Assembly (NCBI GenBank): GCA_002320815.1
Contig: DCLA01000024.1
Coordinates: 767 to 64,766, forward strand
Origin: Myxococcales bacterium UBA1660
GTDB lineage: Bacteria; Myxococcota_A; Polyangia; Polyangiales; Houyiibacteriaceae
Direction: 5' to 3'
DNA length: 64,000 nt
Position numbers and translations under genes: made by a program. The first letter of the stretch is position 1. Each line of letters begins with the position of its first letter. Below the pieces are notes generated by a model. It ran no database searches. It was given only the letters and a program-made list of their open reading frames with translations, and had not been told where the DNA came from. Of this stretch, positions 9,111-18,496 are shown one piece after another.

Positions 9111-10691
9111 CTACTTCAGCTCACGCTGGAGAGTCTTCACGATCTCGGCGTCGGGGTCCAGCTTCACGGCTTCCGCCAACTCCTTGGTCGCGCTGACCTT
9201 CATCTTGGCGGCGGCGTAGACCCGCGCGAGGGCCACCCGGTTCTTCACGCTCGTGGGGGCCAACTGGACGGCTTCCTGAGCCAGGTTCCGGGCCTTCCGG
9301 AGGTCTCCGCTGGCCATGAGCAGGGCCTCGGCGGCTTTGCGCCGAGACCGGTGGTCTTCGGAGCGCCCCTCGGCGACCTTCTGCCAGGACCGCGCGGCCG
9401 CCTCCCAGTTCCCGTGTTCTTCCTCGTAGGCCGCCTGGCGGCGGTACGTCTCGGCCATCTGGGCGGCGAGCTCCGCGCGAAGCTCGTCGTGGCGTGCGCG
9501 GAGGCCCTCCCGGTCCGGGTCGACGGCCAGGGCCATCTTCAGCGAGTTGATCGCCCCGACCAGGTCTTTCGCCGCCACCTTGGCGTCGGCGTCGTCGATG
9601 TGGCGGCGCGCCTTGTCCACGCCGCCCGTGAGGCGCGCGGTCGCCTTGAGCGACTTCGTGAGCCCCTCCACGTAGGAGGACCGCGTCCGGGGCGGTCCCG
9701 AGGACCCGGGGGCGGACGAGGGCACGGGCGCCGGGCCCGACGGCCGGCCCCCGGGGGGCGAAGACGACGCCAGGCGCGGCGCCCGGCTCGAGAGCCCGCG
9801 TCGCTCCATCAGCCGTCGCGCCATCTCGCGCCGCTCGGACTCGGAGAGCCGGGGTGGCGTCGGTGCCTTGGGGATGACCGGGTCGGGGGCACGCTCCTCG
9901 GGCGGGGCCGGCGCTTCGGTCGCGGCGTTCCCCAGGCGCTCGGTCTCGTCGCCGGCCGGCTCGACGCCCCCTGGCTCCCCACCAGCCGACTCGGCCGCGG
10001 CCTCGCCCTCCTCCAGACCGCTCTCCAGCGCCCGAGTCGCGTCCTGCATGCCCAGGTACTCGTCGTACGCGGCGCGCTTCCTCTTCTTGCCCAGGGTCTC
10101 GTAGGCTTCGGTGAGCCGGTCGAAGACCTTCTCCATCTTGCTCTTGAAGCTCCCGAGCTGCTTGCCGAAGAGCGTGTCGGGATGGAAGCGCTTCGAGAGC
10201 GCGAAGTAGGACGCGCGCACGGCCTTTTTATCGGCGTCCCGGGGGAGGCCGAGGATCTCGTAGTGGTTCAGGTCCGCCAGCCGGTGGAAGGTGTCCAGGA
10301 TCTCGTGCTTGCGCTCGCGATCCAGCTCGGCCTCTTCATCGAGCTCGCGCGGGTCGTAGATCAGGGGAGCTCTCGGCGCCTGCGGGACCTTGGGCGGGCT
10401 CGGCGCCGCGGGTGCCTGGGGCGCCGGACCCGCGGGGGGCGGGGGCGGGCGGGTGTGCAGCGCGGGCGGCTCGGGCGGTCCGCCGAGGGCTCCGAGCCCC
10501 TCGAGGCGCGTCAGGATGTCCAGCACGCGCTCGACGGTGGCCCCGGTGGAGTCGGCGATGTCTCGGATGGTCGTCTCGCCGTCGATGCGCGAGAGGATGA
10601 ACCCCTCGAAGGGATCGGTGATCGGCAGCTCGGTGACCACCAGGTCCTCCCGGAGCCGCGGCACCATCTCCGCGCTCTTGCTCTTCGCCAC
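9111..10691 (-). CDS. J-domain protein with N-terminal shared module, Pro/Ala-rich linker and C-terminal TPR-like repeats
   Basis: J domain NHYEILGLPRDADKKAVRASYFALSKRFHPD with an intact HPD. Long low-complexity P/A/G/S linker. C-terminal helical repeats are TPR-like (AEALLMASGDLRKARNLAQEAVQLAP...). Confidence 0.85.
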   Translation of the reverse strand: MAKSKSAEMVPRLREDLVVTELPITDPFEGFILSRIDGETTIRDIADSTGATVERVLDILTRLEGLGALGGPPEPPALHTRPPPPPAGPAPQAPAAPSPPKVPQAPRAPLIYDPRELDEEAELDRERKHEILDTFHRLADLNHYEILGLPRDADKKAVRASYFALSKRFHPDTLFGKQLGSFKSKMEKVFDRLTEAYETLGKKRKRAAYDEYLGMQDATRALESGLEEGEAAAESAGGEPGGVEPAGDETERLGNAATEAPAPPEERAPDPVIPKAPTPPRLSESERREMARRLMERRGLSSRAPRLASSSPPGGRPSGPAPVPSSAPGSSGPPRTRSSYVEGLTKSLKATARLTGGVDKARRHIDDADAKVAAKDLVGAINSLKMALAVDPDREGLRARHDELRAELAAQMAETYRRQAAYEEEHGNWEAAARSWQKVAEGRSEDHRSRRKAAEALLMASGDLRKARNLAQEAVQLAPTSVKNRVALARVYAAAKMKVSATKELAEAVKLDPDAEIVKTLQRELK

Positions 10692-10818
10692 GGGGCGACT
10701 CTAGCCCAAGACGCGCCCGCAGCGCTCGAAAAGGCCGACATGGGCCGACACCGGCCCACCTCCCCCCGACGCGGGGACACGGGCGGCGGCTCCCCGCGGC
10801 TTCGGAGTCCGAGCGACC

Positions 10819-11724
10819 TCAGGCGAGGAGGTGGACCAGCAGCGCCTTCTGCGCGTGGAGCCGGTTCTCGGCCTCGTCCCAGACCCGCGAGGCGGCGCTG
10901 GCCATGACCTCGGCGCTGACCTCCTCGCCCCGGTGGGCCGGGAGGCAGTGGAGGAAGATGGCCTGCGAATCGGCCTCGGCCATGAGCGCGCCGTCGACCT
11001 GGTAGTCGGCGAAGGCCTCCTCGCGGGCCTTCTGCTCCTCTTCCTGACCCATGGAGGCCCAGACGTCGGTGGTCACGACGTCGACGCCCCGGACCGCGGC
11101 CTTCGGGTCCCGCAGCAGCTCGACCTTCGCGCCCAGCGCCTCCGCCTGCTTCACGATGGCCGGCTTCACGTCGTAGCCCTCGGGGCTGGCGATGCGCAGC
11201 TCGAGGCCGGCGAGGCCCGCGGCGAGCATCCAGGAGTGGGCCATGTTGTTGCCGTCGCCGATCCAGGCAACCTTGACGCCCTCGAGGCGCCCCTTGGCTT
11301 CCCGCACCGTCTGCAGGTCGGCCAGGAGCTGACAAGGGTGGTAGTCGTCGCTGAGCCCGTTGATGATCGGGATCCGCGAGTGTTCGCAGAGGGTCTCCAC
11401 CTTCTCGTGCCCGAAGGTCCGGTAGACCACGCCGTGCACGAAGCCGCCGAGCATCCGGGCGGTGTCCTCGAGGGGCTCGCCGCGACCCATCTGCGTGTCC
11501 TTGGCGATGAGCGTGGTGGGCATCGCGCCCAGCTCGTGGATGCCCACCTCGAAGCTGATCCGGGTCCGGGTGGACGCCTTCTCCAGCACGATGGCCACCG
11601 TCTTGCCCGCGAGGGGTCGCTCGTGGGAGCCCCGCCGGGCCTTGAGGTCGTCGGCTCGGTCGAGGATGGCCACCAGCTCGGTGGGGTCGATGTCCTCGAG
11701 GGTGCGGAAGTGCTTGGGCGCCAT
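10819..11724 (-). CDS. argF: Ornithine carbamoyltransferase
   Basis: Motifs LEKASTRTRISFE (carbamoyl-phosphate site), DDYHPCQLLADL and HCLPAHRGEE. Start taken at ATG 11724 (MAPKHFRTL...); the ORF is open to 11784. An N-acetyl/succinyl-ornithine variant cannot be excluded by eye. Confidence 0.85.
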   Translation of the reverse strand: MAPKHFRTLEDIDPTELVAILDRADDLKARRGSHERPLAGKTVAIVLEKASTRTRISFEVGIHELGAMPTTLIAKDTQMGRGEPLEDTARMLGGFVHGVVYRTFGHEKVETLCEHSRIPIINGLSDDYHPCQLLADLQTVREAKGRLEGVKVAWIGDGNNMAHSWMLAAGLAGLELRIASPEGYDVKPAIVKQAEALGAKVELLRDPKAAVRGVDVVTTDVWASMGQEEEQKAREEAFADYQVDGALMAEADSQAIFLHCLPAHRGEEVSAEVMASAASRVWDEAENRLHAQKALLVHLLA

Positions 11725-11782
11725 GGGCGCGTGTGTAGCCCCGTTGACCCGTTGAGCCAAATCCTTACGCTCCCCCGACTCC

Positions 11783-12352
11783 ATGGCGAACCCATCCGTC
11801 TCCGCGCCCTTTCACGCCACCACCATCGTCGCCGTCCGCAAAGGCGGCGTGGCCGCGATGGCCGGCGACGGGCAGGTCTCCCACGGCCAGACCATCCTGA
11901 AGGGCACCGCGCGCAAGGTCCGCCGCATCGCCGAAGGCAAGGTCGTCGCCGGCTTCGCCGGCGCCACGGCCGACGCCTTCACGCTGCTCGAGCGCTTCGA
12001 GGCCAAGCTCCGCGAACACCGAGGCACTCTGCAGCGGGCGGCGGTGGAGCTCGCCAAGGACTGGCGCACCGACCGCTATCTGCGGCGCCTGGAGGCGATG
12101 ATGATCGTCATGGACGCCGAGCAGACGCTGCTGCTCACCGGGACCGGGGACGTGGTCGAGCCCGACGAGGGCGTCATCGCCATCGGGTCGGGCGGGAGCT
12201 TCGCGCTCTCCGCCGCCCGGGCGCTCTACCGCCACGCGGACATGGGCGCCGAAGAGATCGCCAAGACGGCCATCGGCATCGCCGGTGAGATCTGCGTCTA
12301 CACGAACGCGAACGTGGTCGTGGAGACCATCGAGGAGAAGAAGAGCTCGTGA
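11783..12352 (+). CDS. hslV: ATP-dependent protease subunit HslV
   Basis: [21 protein letters not shown] Ntn-hydrolase N-terminus, preceded by 12 codons. 4-nt overlap with hslU. Confidence 0.92.
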   Translation: MANPSVSAPFHATTIVAVRKGGVAAMAGDGQVSHGQTILKGTARKVRRIAEGKVVAGFAGATADAFTLLERFEAKLREHRGTLQRAAVELAKDWRTDRYLRRLEAMMIVMDAEQTLLLTGTGDVVEPDEGVIAIGSGGSFALSAARALYRHADMGAEEIAKTAIGIAGEICVYTNANVVVETIEEKKSS

Positions 12353-13758
12353 GCAAGAACAAGAACCGGGACTTCACCCCGCGCGAGACCGTCTCCGAGC
12401 TCGATCGGTACATCATCGGCCAGGACGCCGCGAAGCGCGCGGTGGCCATCGCGCTCCGCAACCGCTGGCGCCGGCAGCAGGTCGAGGGCGACCTGAAGGA
12501 CGAGATCGCCCCCAAGAACATCGTGATGATCGGGCCCACCGGCTGCGGCAAGACCGAGATCGCCCGCCGCCTGGCCAAGCTCGCCAAGGCGCCCTTCGTG
12601 AAGGTCGAGGCCTCGAAGTTCACCGAGGTGGGCTACGTGGGTCGCGACGTCGAGTCGATGATCCGCGACCTGGTCGAGGTGGCCATCGCGCTGGTCCAGG
12701 AAGAGGAGATGGAGCGGGTCCAGACCAAGGCGAAGGAGAACGCCGAGGCGCGCATCGTCGAGCTCGTCGCCGACGAACGGCGCCCCCAGGTGCCGCAGCA
12801 GCCGCAGGCGCCCCAGGGACCGCGCGGCTTCGGGCCCTTCGTGCTCAACCAACAGGCCGAGAAGCCGCCCCACCCGCAGAACGAGCTCGACGTGATCCGC
12901 GCTCAGCTCCGCAACGGGGACCTCGAAGACGAAGAGGTCGAGGTGAACGTCCAGGACACCGGCTCGCCCTTCATGAAGGTCTTCGGCCAGGGCGGGATGG
13001 AGGAGCTCAACCTCAAGGACATGCTGGGACAGCTCCCCGGCTTCCAGGGCAAGACCAAGCAGCGGCGCGCCAAGGTCAAGGACGTCCGCCGGCTCATCGA
13101 AGACGAAGAGGCCAAGAAGCTCATCGACATGGACGGCGTCACCCGCCGGGCCATCGAGCGCACCGAGCAGTCGGGCATCGTCTTTCTGGACGAGATCGAC
13201 AAGGTCGCCAGTCGCCAGGGCGCGAGCGGCGGCCCCGACGTCTCTCGCGAGGGCGTGCAGCGGGACCTCCTGCCGCTGGTCGAGGGCAGCACGGTGTCGA
13301 CCAAGCACGGCCAGGTGAAGACCGACCACATCCTCTTCATCGCCGCCGGCGCCTTCCACGTGGCGCAGGTGTCGGACCTCATCCCCGAGCTCCAAGGCCG
13401 CTTCCCCATCCGGGTGGAGCTCGAGCCCCTGAAGCAGGAGGACTTCGTCCGGATCCTCAAGGAGCCGCGGAACGCGCTCACCAAGCAGTACACCGCGCTC
13501 ATGGCCACCGAGAAGGTCGAGCTGACCTTCGAGGACGACGCCATCGAGGCCCTCGCCGCCTACGCGGCCACGGCCAACGAGCGGAGCGAGAACATCGGCG
13601 CCCGGCGCCTCCATACCGTGATGGAGGCGCTCCTCGAAGAGCTCAGCTTCGCCGCCGCGGAGATCGGCCGCCAGACCGTGGTGGTCAACGCCGCCTACGT
13701 GAAGGAGCGCCTCGATCCGATCCTCGGCGACGCCGAGCTCAGCAAATTCATCTTGTAG
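12349..13758 (+). CDS. hslU: ATP-dependent protease ATPase subunit HslU
   Basis: N-terminus [33 protein letters not shown], Walker [16 protein letters not shown], inserted I-domain, Walker [10 protein letters not shown]. 469 aa. Confidence 0.95.
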   Translation: MSKNKNRDFTPRETVSELDRYIIGQDAAKRAVAIALRNRWRRQQVEGDLKDEIAPKNIVMIGPTGCGKTEIARRLAKLAKAPFVKVEASKFTEVGYVGRDVESMIRDLVEVAIALVQEEEMERVQTKAKENAEARIVELVADERRPQVPQQPQAPQGPRGFGPFVLNQQAEKPPHPQNELDVIRAQLRNGDLEDEEVEVNVQDTGSPFMKVFGQGGMEELNLKDMLGQLPGFQGKTKQRRAKVKDVRRLIEDEEAKKLIDMDGVTRRAIERTEQSGIVFLDEIDKVASRQGASGGPDVSREGVQRDLLPLVEGSTVSTKHGQVKTDHILFIAAGAFHVAQVSDLIPELQGRFPIRVELEPLKQEDFVRILKEPRNALTKQYTALMATEKVELTFEDDAIEALAAYAATANERSENIGARRLHTVMEALLEELSFAAAEIGRQTVVVNAAYVKERLDPILGDAELSKFIL

Positions 13759-13759
13759 C

Positions 13760-13791
13760 GGGAACCGGGCCCCCTCGTTCGACCGGTTCCC
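13760..13791 (+). terminator. Hairpin 2 nt after the hslU stop
   Basis: GGGAACCGG - 14 nt loop - CCGGTTCCC, a perfect 9-bp stem. No clear U-tract. Confidence 0.45.
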
Positions 13792-13888
13792 TCGGTCGCG
13801 GGCCTCGCCTGGGCCCCGATGTTGGCGAGGGTCGAGTCGTTCGGTATCCTCGCTCGAGCGTCGGCAACAACGCCGAGGAGGCGCTCCG

Positions 13889-14257
13889 ATGTCCACCTGC
13901 GAGGTCCACTGGTTCAGCGATGACATTCTGGAGTTCGTCTATCGTGGTCGAGTCACGCTGGAGGACTTGCGCGCGATGGTGAACGAGACCCGGCGACTCA
14001 CGCGCGAGCAGACCCCGCGGGTGCAGCTGGTCGACACCCTCGCGGTCACGGGGGTTCCCAAAGAGATCGGTGCGGTCCTGGGGGAGCTCCTCGAGGACTA
14101 CCGGGCGCAGGGCGGTACTTGGGTGGTCATGATCGCGACCGACCAGATGAACGCGATGCTCGGCCGTTCGATGAGCTTCGGGGCCGGGGTGAAGCTCCAA
14201 CTCGTGGGCACGCGCGCCGACGCGCTTCGGTTCATCAGCACGCTCCGCGACGCTTGA
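13889..14257 (+). CDS. Hypothetical small protein (STAS/SpoIIAA-like fold suspected)
   Basis: 122-aa ORF with high GC3 and an AGGAGG RBS about 8 nt upstream of the ATG. I recognise no firm motif. Confidence 0.6.
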   Translation: MSTCEVHWFSDDILEFVYRGRVTLEDLRAMVNETRRLTREQTPRVQLVDTLAVTGVPKEIGAVLGELLEDYRAQGGTWVVMIATDQMNAMLGRSMSFGAGVKLQLVGTRADALRFISTLRDA

Positions 14258-14288
14258 CGGGCCCGAGGGGGCGACGATCGCGAGCGCA

Positions 14289-14438
14289 CTACTCGCCGAT
14301 GATGCAGAAGCCGTTGCCGAAGGGGTCGGCGCAGAAGGCCGCAGGCTTGGGGCCCTGATCGCGGTACCCGACTTCGACCGTGCCCCCGTCCGAGCGAACG
14401 CGAGCCACCCCTCGTCGAGGTCGGATGCTCACGTGCAC
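14289..14438 (-). pseudogene. C-terminal remnant of a VOC (glyoxalase/bleomycin-resistance) family gene
   Basis: Translation ...VRSDGGTVEVGYRDQGPKPAAFCADPFGNGFCIIGE* matches only the last beta-alpha-beta unit of VOC proteins (the DPxGN motif). Less than 50 aa is present, whereas a domain needs more than 110. It abuts the stop of the neighbouring gene. Confidence 0.45.
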
Positions 14439-14451
14439 CGTGGGGCGCGGG

Positions 14452-14927
14452 TCAGTCACCGCGGGCGACTCGCTCGAGACGCTCGTACGAGGCCTCCATG
14501 CCGTGTTCCATGCCGCTGGCCAACATCGCTTCCCGGGCCGCGCGGTCGGGGAGCGTCATGCGCATGACCATCCGGGTGCCTTCGCCCTCGGCGGAAAGGT
14601 GGTCTCGATGTGGTTGTCCGGCGTGGGGTCGGGCAGGAACATCCGCTCCACGTGGACGATCCGGTGGGGCGGCTCGAGCTCGAGGATCTCGCCCGTCAGG
14701 TAGAAGCCGCCCTCCCCGTTCGACCACTCGTAGCGGATGCGGCCGCCGACCTTCCCCTCGTTGATGCACACCGGCATGGTCCAGCCCTCGGGCCCGAGCA
14801 TCCACTGCTGGACCAGCTCCGGTTCCATGTGCGCGCGGTAGACCTCCGCGGGCGGCGCGGCGAAGTACCGGCTCACCACCACGAACCGATCCCCTTCGGT
14901 CTTCAGATCCATCGTCCCCATCGTCAT
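14452..14927 (-). pseudogene. SRPBCC / Aha1-like (AHSA1) family gene interrupted by a frameshift
   Basis: ORF 14556-14927 carries the N-terminal two thirds (FAAPPAEVYRAHMEPELVQQWMLGPEGW...HRIVHVERMF...DNHIETT). The expected C-terminus, SAEGEGTRMVMRMTLPDRAAREAMLASGMEHGMEASYERLERV, continues in another frame (ORF 14452-14805). The switch maps to the A/G run around 14595-14600. Confidence 0.7.
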
Positions 14928-15097
14928 CGCTCCTCGGCCCGCTTCGCCAAGAGGCGATCGAGCCCGTCGTAGTTCCGCTCCAAGGCCTCCCGGAGCATCG
15001 TCAGGTACGCGTCGAGCTCGTCCAGCGCGCCGCCGGCCAGCCGGCAGGGCCGCATAGCGTCGATCACATATTTACCGGGCCCCTCGATTGGGGTCAC
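14924..15097 (-). pseudogene. Truncated ArsR/SmtB-type regulator remnant (HTH missing)
   Basis: 57-codon frame ...GKYVIDAMRPCRLAGGALDELDAYLTMLREALERNYDGLDRLLAKRAEER*. Its stop overlaps the SRPBCC ATG (ATGA). It resembles only the C-terminal tail of the ArsR regulators that normally precede SRPBCC genes. An in-frame TAG lies just upstream. Confidence 0.4.
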
Positions 15098-15135
15098 TTG
15101 GAGCTACCGTCTTTCGTGCGCACACTACGGCTCCC

Positions 15136-16449
15136 ATGGCGTCCAAAGACCTCCCCGCTTCCCGCTTCGGCCGCGCCGCGCGCATGGCCCTCCTCGGTGC
15201 CCGCACCGGCGCGGGGTGGGTCTTCGATGGGGATGGGACCAAGAGCGCCAAGGCCGCCGCCGGAGTCCTGGGCCAGATGCGCGGGCTCGCGGCCAAGGCG
15301 GGGCAGATGGCCAGCTACGTCGACGGGCTGGTTCCCCCGGGCAAGCGCGAGGCCTTCGAGACCGCCCTCGGGGCGCTCCGCGCGGCGACGCCGACCTCGG
15401 ACCCCGCCGCGATCCGCGCGCTCGTCGAGGCGGAGCTGGGCGCGCCCATCGAGGAGCTCTTCGCCACGTGGGAGGAGGCGCCCTTCGCCAGCGCGTCGAT
15501 CGGCCAGGTCCACCGGGCCACCCTCACCGATGGCCGGGAGCTGGCGGTGAAGGTGCAGCACCCGGGCATCGACCAGGCGGTGGAGAGCGACCTGAAGAAC
15601 GCGGGCCTCATGGCCAGCCTGAAGTCGATGGCCTTCGGCTCGAAGATGGGGATCGAGGAGGGCATGGAGGAGATGGCCCGGGTCTTCCGCGAGGAGCTGG
15701 ACTACGGCCTCGAAGCCGATCGCCAGGAGGCCTTCCGCGCGATGTTCGCCGACAGCGCGCACGTCCGGGTCCCGGCGGTGGTCCGGGAGCGCTCCGCCAA
15801 GCGAGTCCTGGCCACCGAGATGGTCCACGGGCTGAGCTTCGAGGAGGCCTGCGAGGCGAGCGAGGACCTGCGGCGGCTCTGGGCGGAGACGCTCTGGCGC
15901 TTCGTCATCGAGTCGACGATCACCGGGGGCCTCTTCAACGGGGACCCGCACCCCGGCAACTTCGTCTTCCACGAGGACGGGACGGTCACCGCCCTCGACT
16001 TCGGGTGCGTGGTGGCCATCCCCGCCGAGCGCCGGGCGATCTCGCGGGCGGCGCACGAGGCGGCGCTCCGCGGGGACCGGTCGGACTTCTTCACCCAGGC
16101 GCGCCGGATGATGCAGATGCCCGCCGTGGTGGGCGGCGCGCGCGATGACGAGCCGGCGTTCCACCAGGCCATCGTCCAGTTCTGCGAGCGCCTCTTCGAG
16201 CCGGTCCTCGAGTCGCCCTTCCACATCACCCACGAGTGGGCGGGGAGCCTCGTCGACGATTGCCTGACCATCGCCAAGAAGGCGATCGGCACCAAGAAGC
16301 GCGACATGATCACCATGCCCGAGGGGATGGTCTTCCTAAACCGGCTCCAGTTCGGCTTCTACTCGGTGCTCGCCCGCTTCGACGTCGAGGTGGACTACGC
16401 CGCGGTCGAGCGCGACGCCTTCGCGGCCGCCGACGCGCGGGAGGGCTGA
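15136..16449 (+). CDS. ABC1/UbiB (ADCK) atypical protein-kinase family protein
   Basis: Motifs [22 protein letters not shown] and [10 protein letters not shown] (D-x-H-x-GN catalytic loop). ATG 15136 is preferred; the ORF is open from 15088. Confidence 0.85.
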   Translation: MASKDLPASRFGRAARMALLGARTGAGWVFDGDGTKSAKAAAGVLGQMRGLAAKAGQMASYVDGLVPPGKREAFETALGALRAATPTSDPAAIRALVEAELGAPIEELFATWEEAPFASASIGQVHRATLTDGRELAVKVQHPGIDQAVESDLKNAGLMASLKSMAFGSKMGIEEGMEEMARVFREELDYGLEADRQEAFRAMFADSAHVRVPAVVRERSAKRVLATEMVHGLSFEEACEASEDLRRLWAETLWRFVIESTITGGLFNGDPHPGNFVFHEDGTVTALDFGCVVAIPAERRAISRAAHEAALRGDRSDFFTQARRMMQMPAVVGGARDDEPAFHQAIVQFCERLFEPVLESPFHITHEWAGSLVDDCLTIAKKAIGTKKRDMITMPEGMVFLNRLQFGFYSVLARFDVEVDYAAVERDAFAAADAREG

Positions 16450-16480
16450 CGCGCGCCGGCGCGGGCGATAGCATCGGGCC

Positions 16481-17416
16481 ATGACGGTCCACCGGGACAC
16501 CTTCCGCGCGCCCGACGGCTACGAGCTGGCCACCTACCGCTGGGAACCCGAGGGGGAGCCGCGCGCCATCCTGCAGCTCGTGCACGGCATGGCCGAGCAC
16601 ATGATGCGCTACGCCGCGTTCGCGGAGACCTTCGTCGAGCGCGGCTTCCTGGTGCACGGCCACGAGCACCGGGGCCATGGCCACAGCGTCCCCACCGGCG
16701 AGCGCCCGGGCCACATCGGGGACCACGACGGCTTTGCCAAGATGGTGGGCGACCTGCACGCCCGCGCCGAGGCGGTGAAGCGCGAGCACCCCGACCTGCC
16801 CCGCGCCATCTTCTGCCACTCGATGGGCGGCTACGTCGGCCAGGCGGCCCTGGGCCAGCACCCGGAGGACGCGGACGCGTGGATCATCAGCGGCAACGGC
16901 GGGAAGCCTCCGCTCATCGCGACCGCGGGTCGCGGCATCGCGCGCGTGGAGCGGATGCGCCTCGGCAAGAAGGGCGTCTCGGCGCTGGTCCGCAAGCTGA
17001 CCTTCGGGGACTTCAACAAGGGCTTCGAGGGCCGCACCGACTTCGACTGGCTCTCCCGGGACCAGGACCGGGTGAACGCCTACGCCGCCGATCCCCTCTG
17101 CGGGTACGACGTCAGCATCGAGACCTGGGTCCAGCTCCTCGACGCCATCCCCACCCTCACCCAGCCGGCGAACCTGGCGGGGATCCCCAAGGAGAAGCCC
17201 ATCTACGTGCTGGCGGGCAGCCGGGACACCTCCATCGGGGGCGCGCGCGGAGCCGAGAACCTCGCCCGGGCCTACCGCGAGGCCGGTCTGCTCGACGTGA
17301 CCCTGAAGGTCTGGCCCGAGGGTCGCCACGAGATGCTGAACGAATTGAACCGCGCCGACGTGACCGCCGCGCTGGTCGCCTGGACCGAAGAACGGCTGCT
17401 CCCCGGCCCGCGCTGA
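16481..17416 (+). CDS. Alpha/beta hydrolase (lysophospholipase / monoacylglycerol-lipase-like)
   Basis: HGMAEH...GHG oxyanion region, nucleophile elbow CHSMGG, and a late His (GRHEMLNE). 311 aa. Confidence 0.8.
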   Translation: MTVHRDTFRAPDGYELATYRWEPEGEPRAILQLVHGMAEHMMRYAAFAETFVERGFLVHGHEHRGHGHSVPTGERPGHIGDHDGFAKMVGDLHARAEAVKREHPDLPRAIFCHSMGGYVGQAALGQHPEDADAWIISGNGGKPPLIATAGRGIARVERMRLGKKGVSALVRKLTFGDFNKGFEGRTDFDWLSRDQDRVNAYAADPLCGYDVSIETWVQLLDAIPTLTQPANLAGIPKEKPIYVLAGSRDTSIGGARGAENLARAYREAGLLDVTLKVWPEGRHEMLNELNRADVTAALVAWTEERLLPGPR

Positions 17417-17513
17417 CCCTCGTTCGCCCTTTGAGGACGCGCAGTGGGCGAAGATCGTTCGCTCACCGGGTCTCTTGCCGGCGCGTCACGCCTTTGCTAC
17501 CCAGACGACGCCC

Positions 17514-18479
17514 ATGCTTCGTTCTTCCTTCTTTTTCGGCGCGACCGCGCTCCTCCTGCTCGCCGGCTGCGGCGATGACGACGGCGACACCATGGCCGGG
17601 ACCCCGGACCTCGGTCCGCCCCCCGAAGAGGACATGGGACCGCCCCCGCCCGCCGAAGAGCTCTTCGACGAGTGTGTGATCGACGAGCAGTGCCACGCCG
17701 CGCTCGGGCCGACGGCCTTCTGCCGCACCGCCGCCGAGGGTTGGCCCGAGGGCTTCTGCACCCTGCCCTGCGCCGACCGCACCCCGTGTGACGACGGCGC
17801 GATCTTCCACCACTGCATCGACGCCTTCGGCACCGGGCAGACGGTCTGCGAAGAGGCCTGCGACAACTCCTTCGACTGCCGCGAGGGCTACATCTGCGCC
17901 GCCAAGGGCGTGGTGGCCCCGACCCGCGGGCTCTGCGTGGGCTACTGCCAGACCGACGACGAGTGCGGCTCGGGCGCCGAGTGCAACCCCGACGCCGGCG
18001 AGTGCGTGGCTCCCGGGACCGTCCCCACGGGCGCCGGCACCGGCGAGGCCTGCGCCGATGACGACGGGTGCCTGAGCGGCTCCTGCAACCCCGGTGACAA
18101 CTCCGGCACCCCCACCGGCTGGAACAACGGGTACTGCCTCGGCCGCTGCGCTTTGGCGTCCGGCTGGAACAGCAACGACCTCTTCGCCGGCGACGCGCTG
18201 CCCACCAACTGCGCCGACGGCAACGTCTGCTTCCCCACCGGGGACTTCACCGAGCTGAGCCCCGGCGCCTGCGTCAGCGTGTGCAACAGCGACGCCGACT
18301 GCCGTCAGTCCGAGGGCTACGCCTGCCTCAAGACCTTCGGCCTGGCCAGCGGCAGCAAGACCTTCACCAACGGGGTATGTTTCCCGGTGGATTGCTCGGA
18401 GACCGCCTGTCCCGCAGGCTACAGCTGTCAGACCGTCTCGACCTCGAGCGGCACCGACTCGGTCTGCGCGCCCTCGTGA
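17514..18479 (+). CDS. Cys-rich secreted lipoprotein (33 Cys)
   Basis: Start at ATG 17514 (MLRSSFFFGATALLLLAGC lipobox). The mature part holds 32 further Cys in repeated C-x(3-6)-(D/E)C-x(2-5)-C modules (CQTDDECGSGAEC, CNSDADCRQSEGYAC). I recognise no named domain. Confidence 0.8.
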   Translation: MLRSSFFFGATALLLLAGCGDDDGDTMAGTPDLGPPPEEDMGPPPPAEELFDECVIDEQCHAALGPTAFCRTAAEGWPEGFCTLPCADRTPCDDGAIFHHCIDAFGTGQTVCEEACDNSFDCREGYICAAKGVVAPTRGLCVGYCQTDDECGSGAECNPDAGECVAPGTVPTGAGTGEACADDDGCLSGSCNPGDNSGTPTGWNNGYCLGRCALASGWNSNDLFAGDALPTNCADGNVCFPTGDFTELSPGACVSVCNSDADCRQSEGYACLKTFGLASGSKTFTNGVCFPVDCSETACPAGYSCQTVSTSSGTDSVCAPS

Positions 18480-18496
18480 GAATGATGGAGACCTCG

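Noticed and set aside
14265-14278. 14-mer gagggggcgacgat found right after two stop codons (14265-14278 and 28192-28205, plus a variant at 28216-28229)
   Set aside because: My rough estimate is that tens of chance 14-mer matches are expected in 64 kb of 70% GC DNA. The local duplication at 28192-28229 is real, but a dispersed family cannot be claimed from this.
14289-15097. An insertion sequence or other mobile element as the cause of the gene-decay patch
   Set aside because: No transposase, integrase, inverted terminal repeats or target-site duplications are visible. The junctions look like simple deletions.
17478-17500. Sigma-54-like GGCGC...TTGCT upstream of the Cys-rich lipoprotein gene
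   Set aside because: The spacing between the GG and GC dinucleotides is about 16 nt rather than 12, and the -24 element is not TGGCAC.
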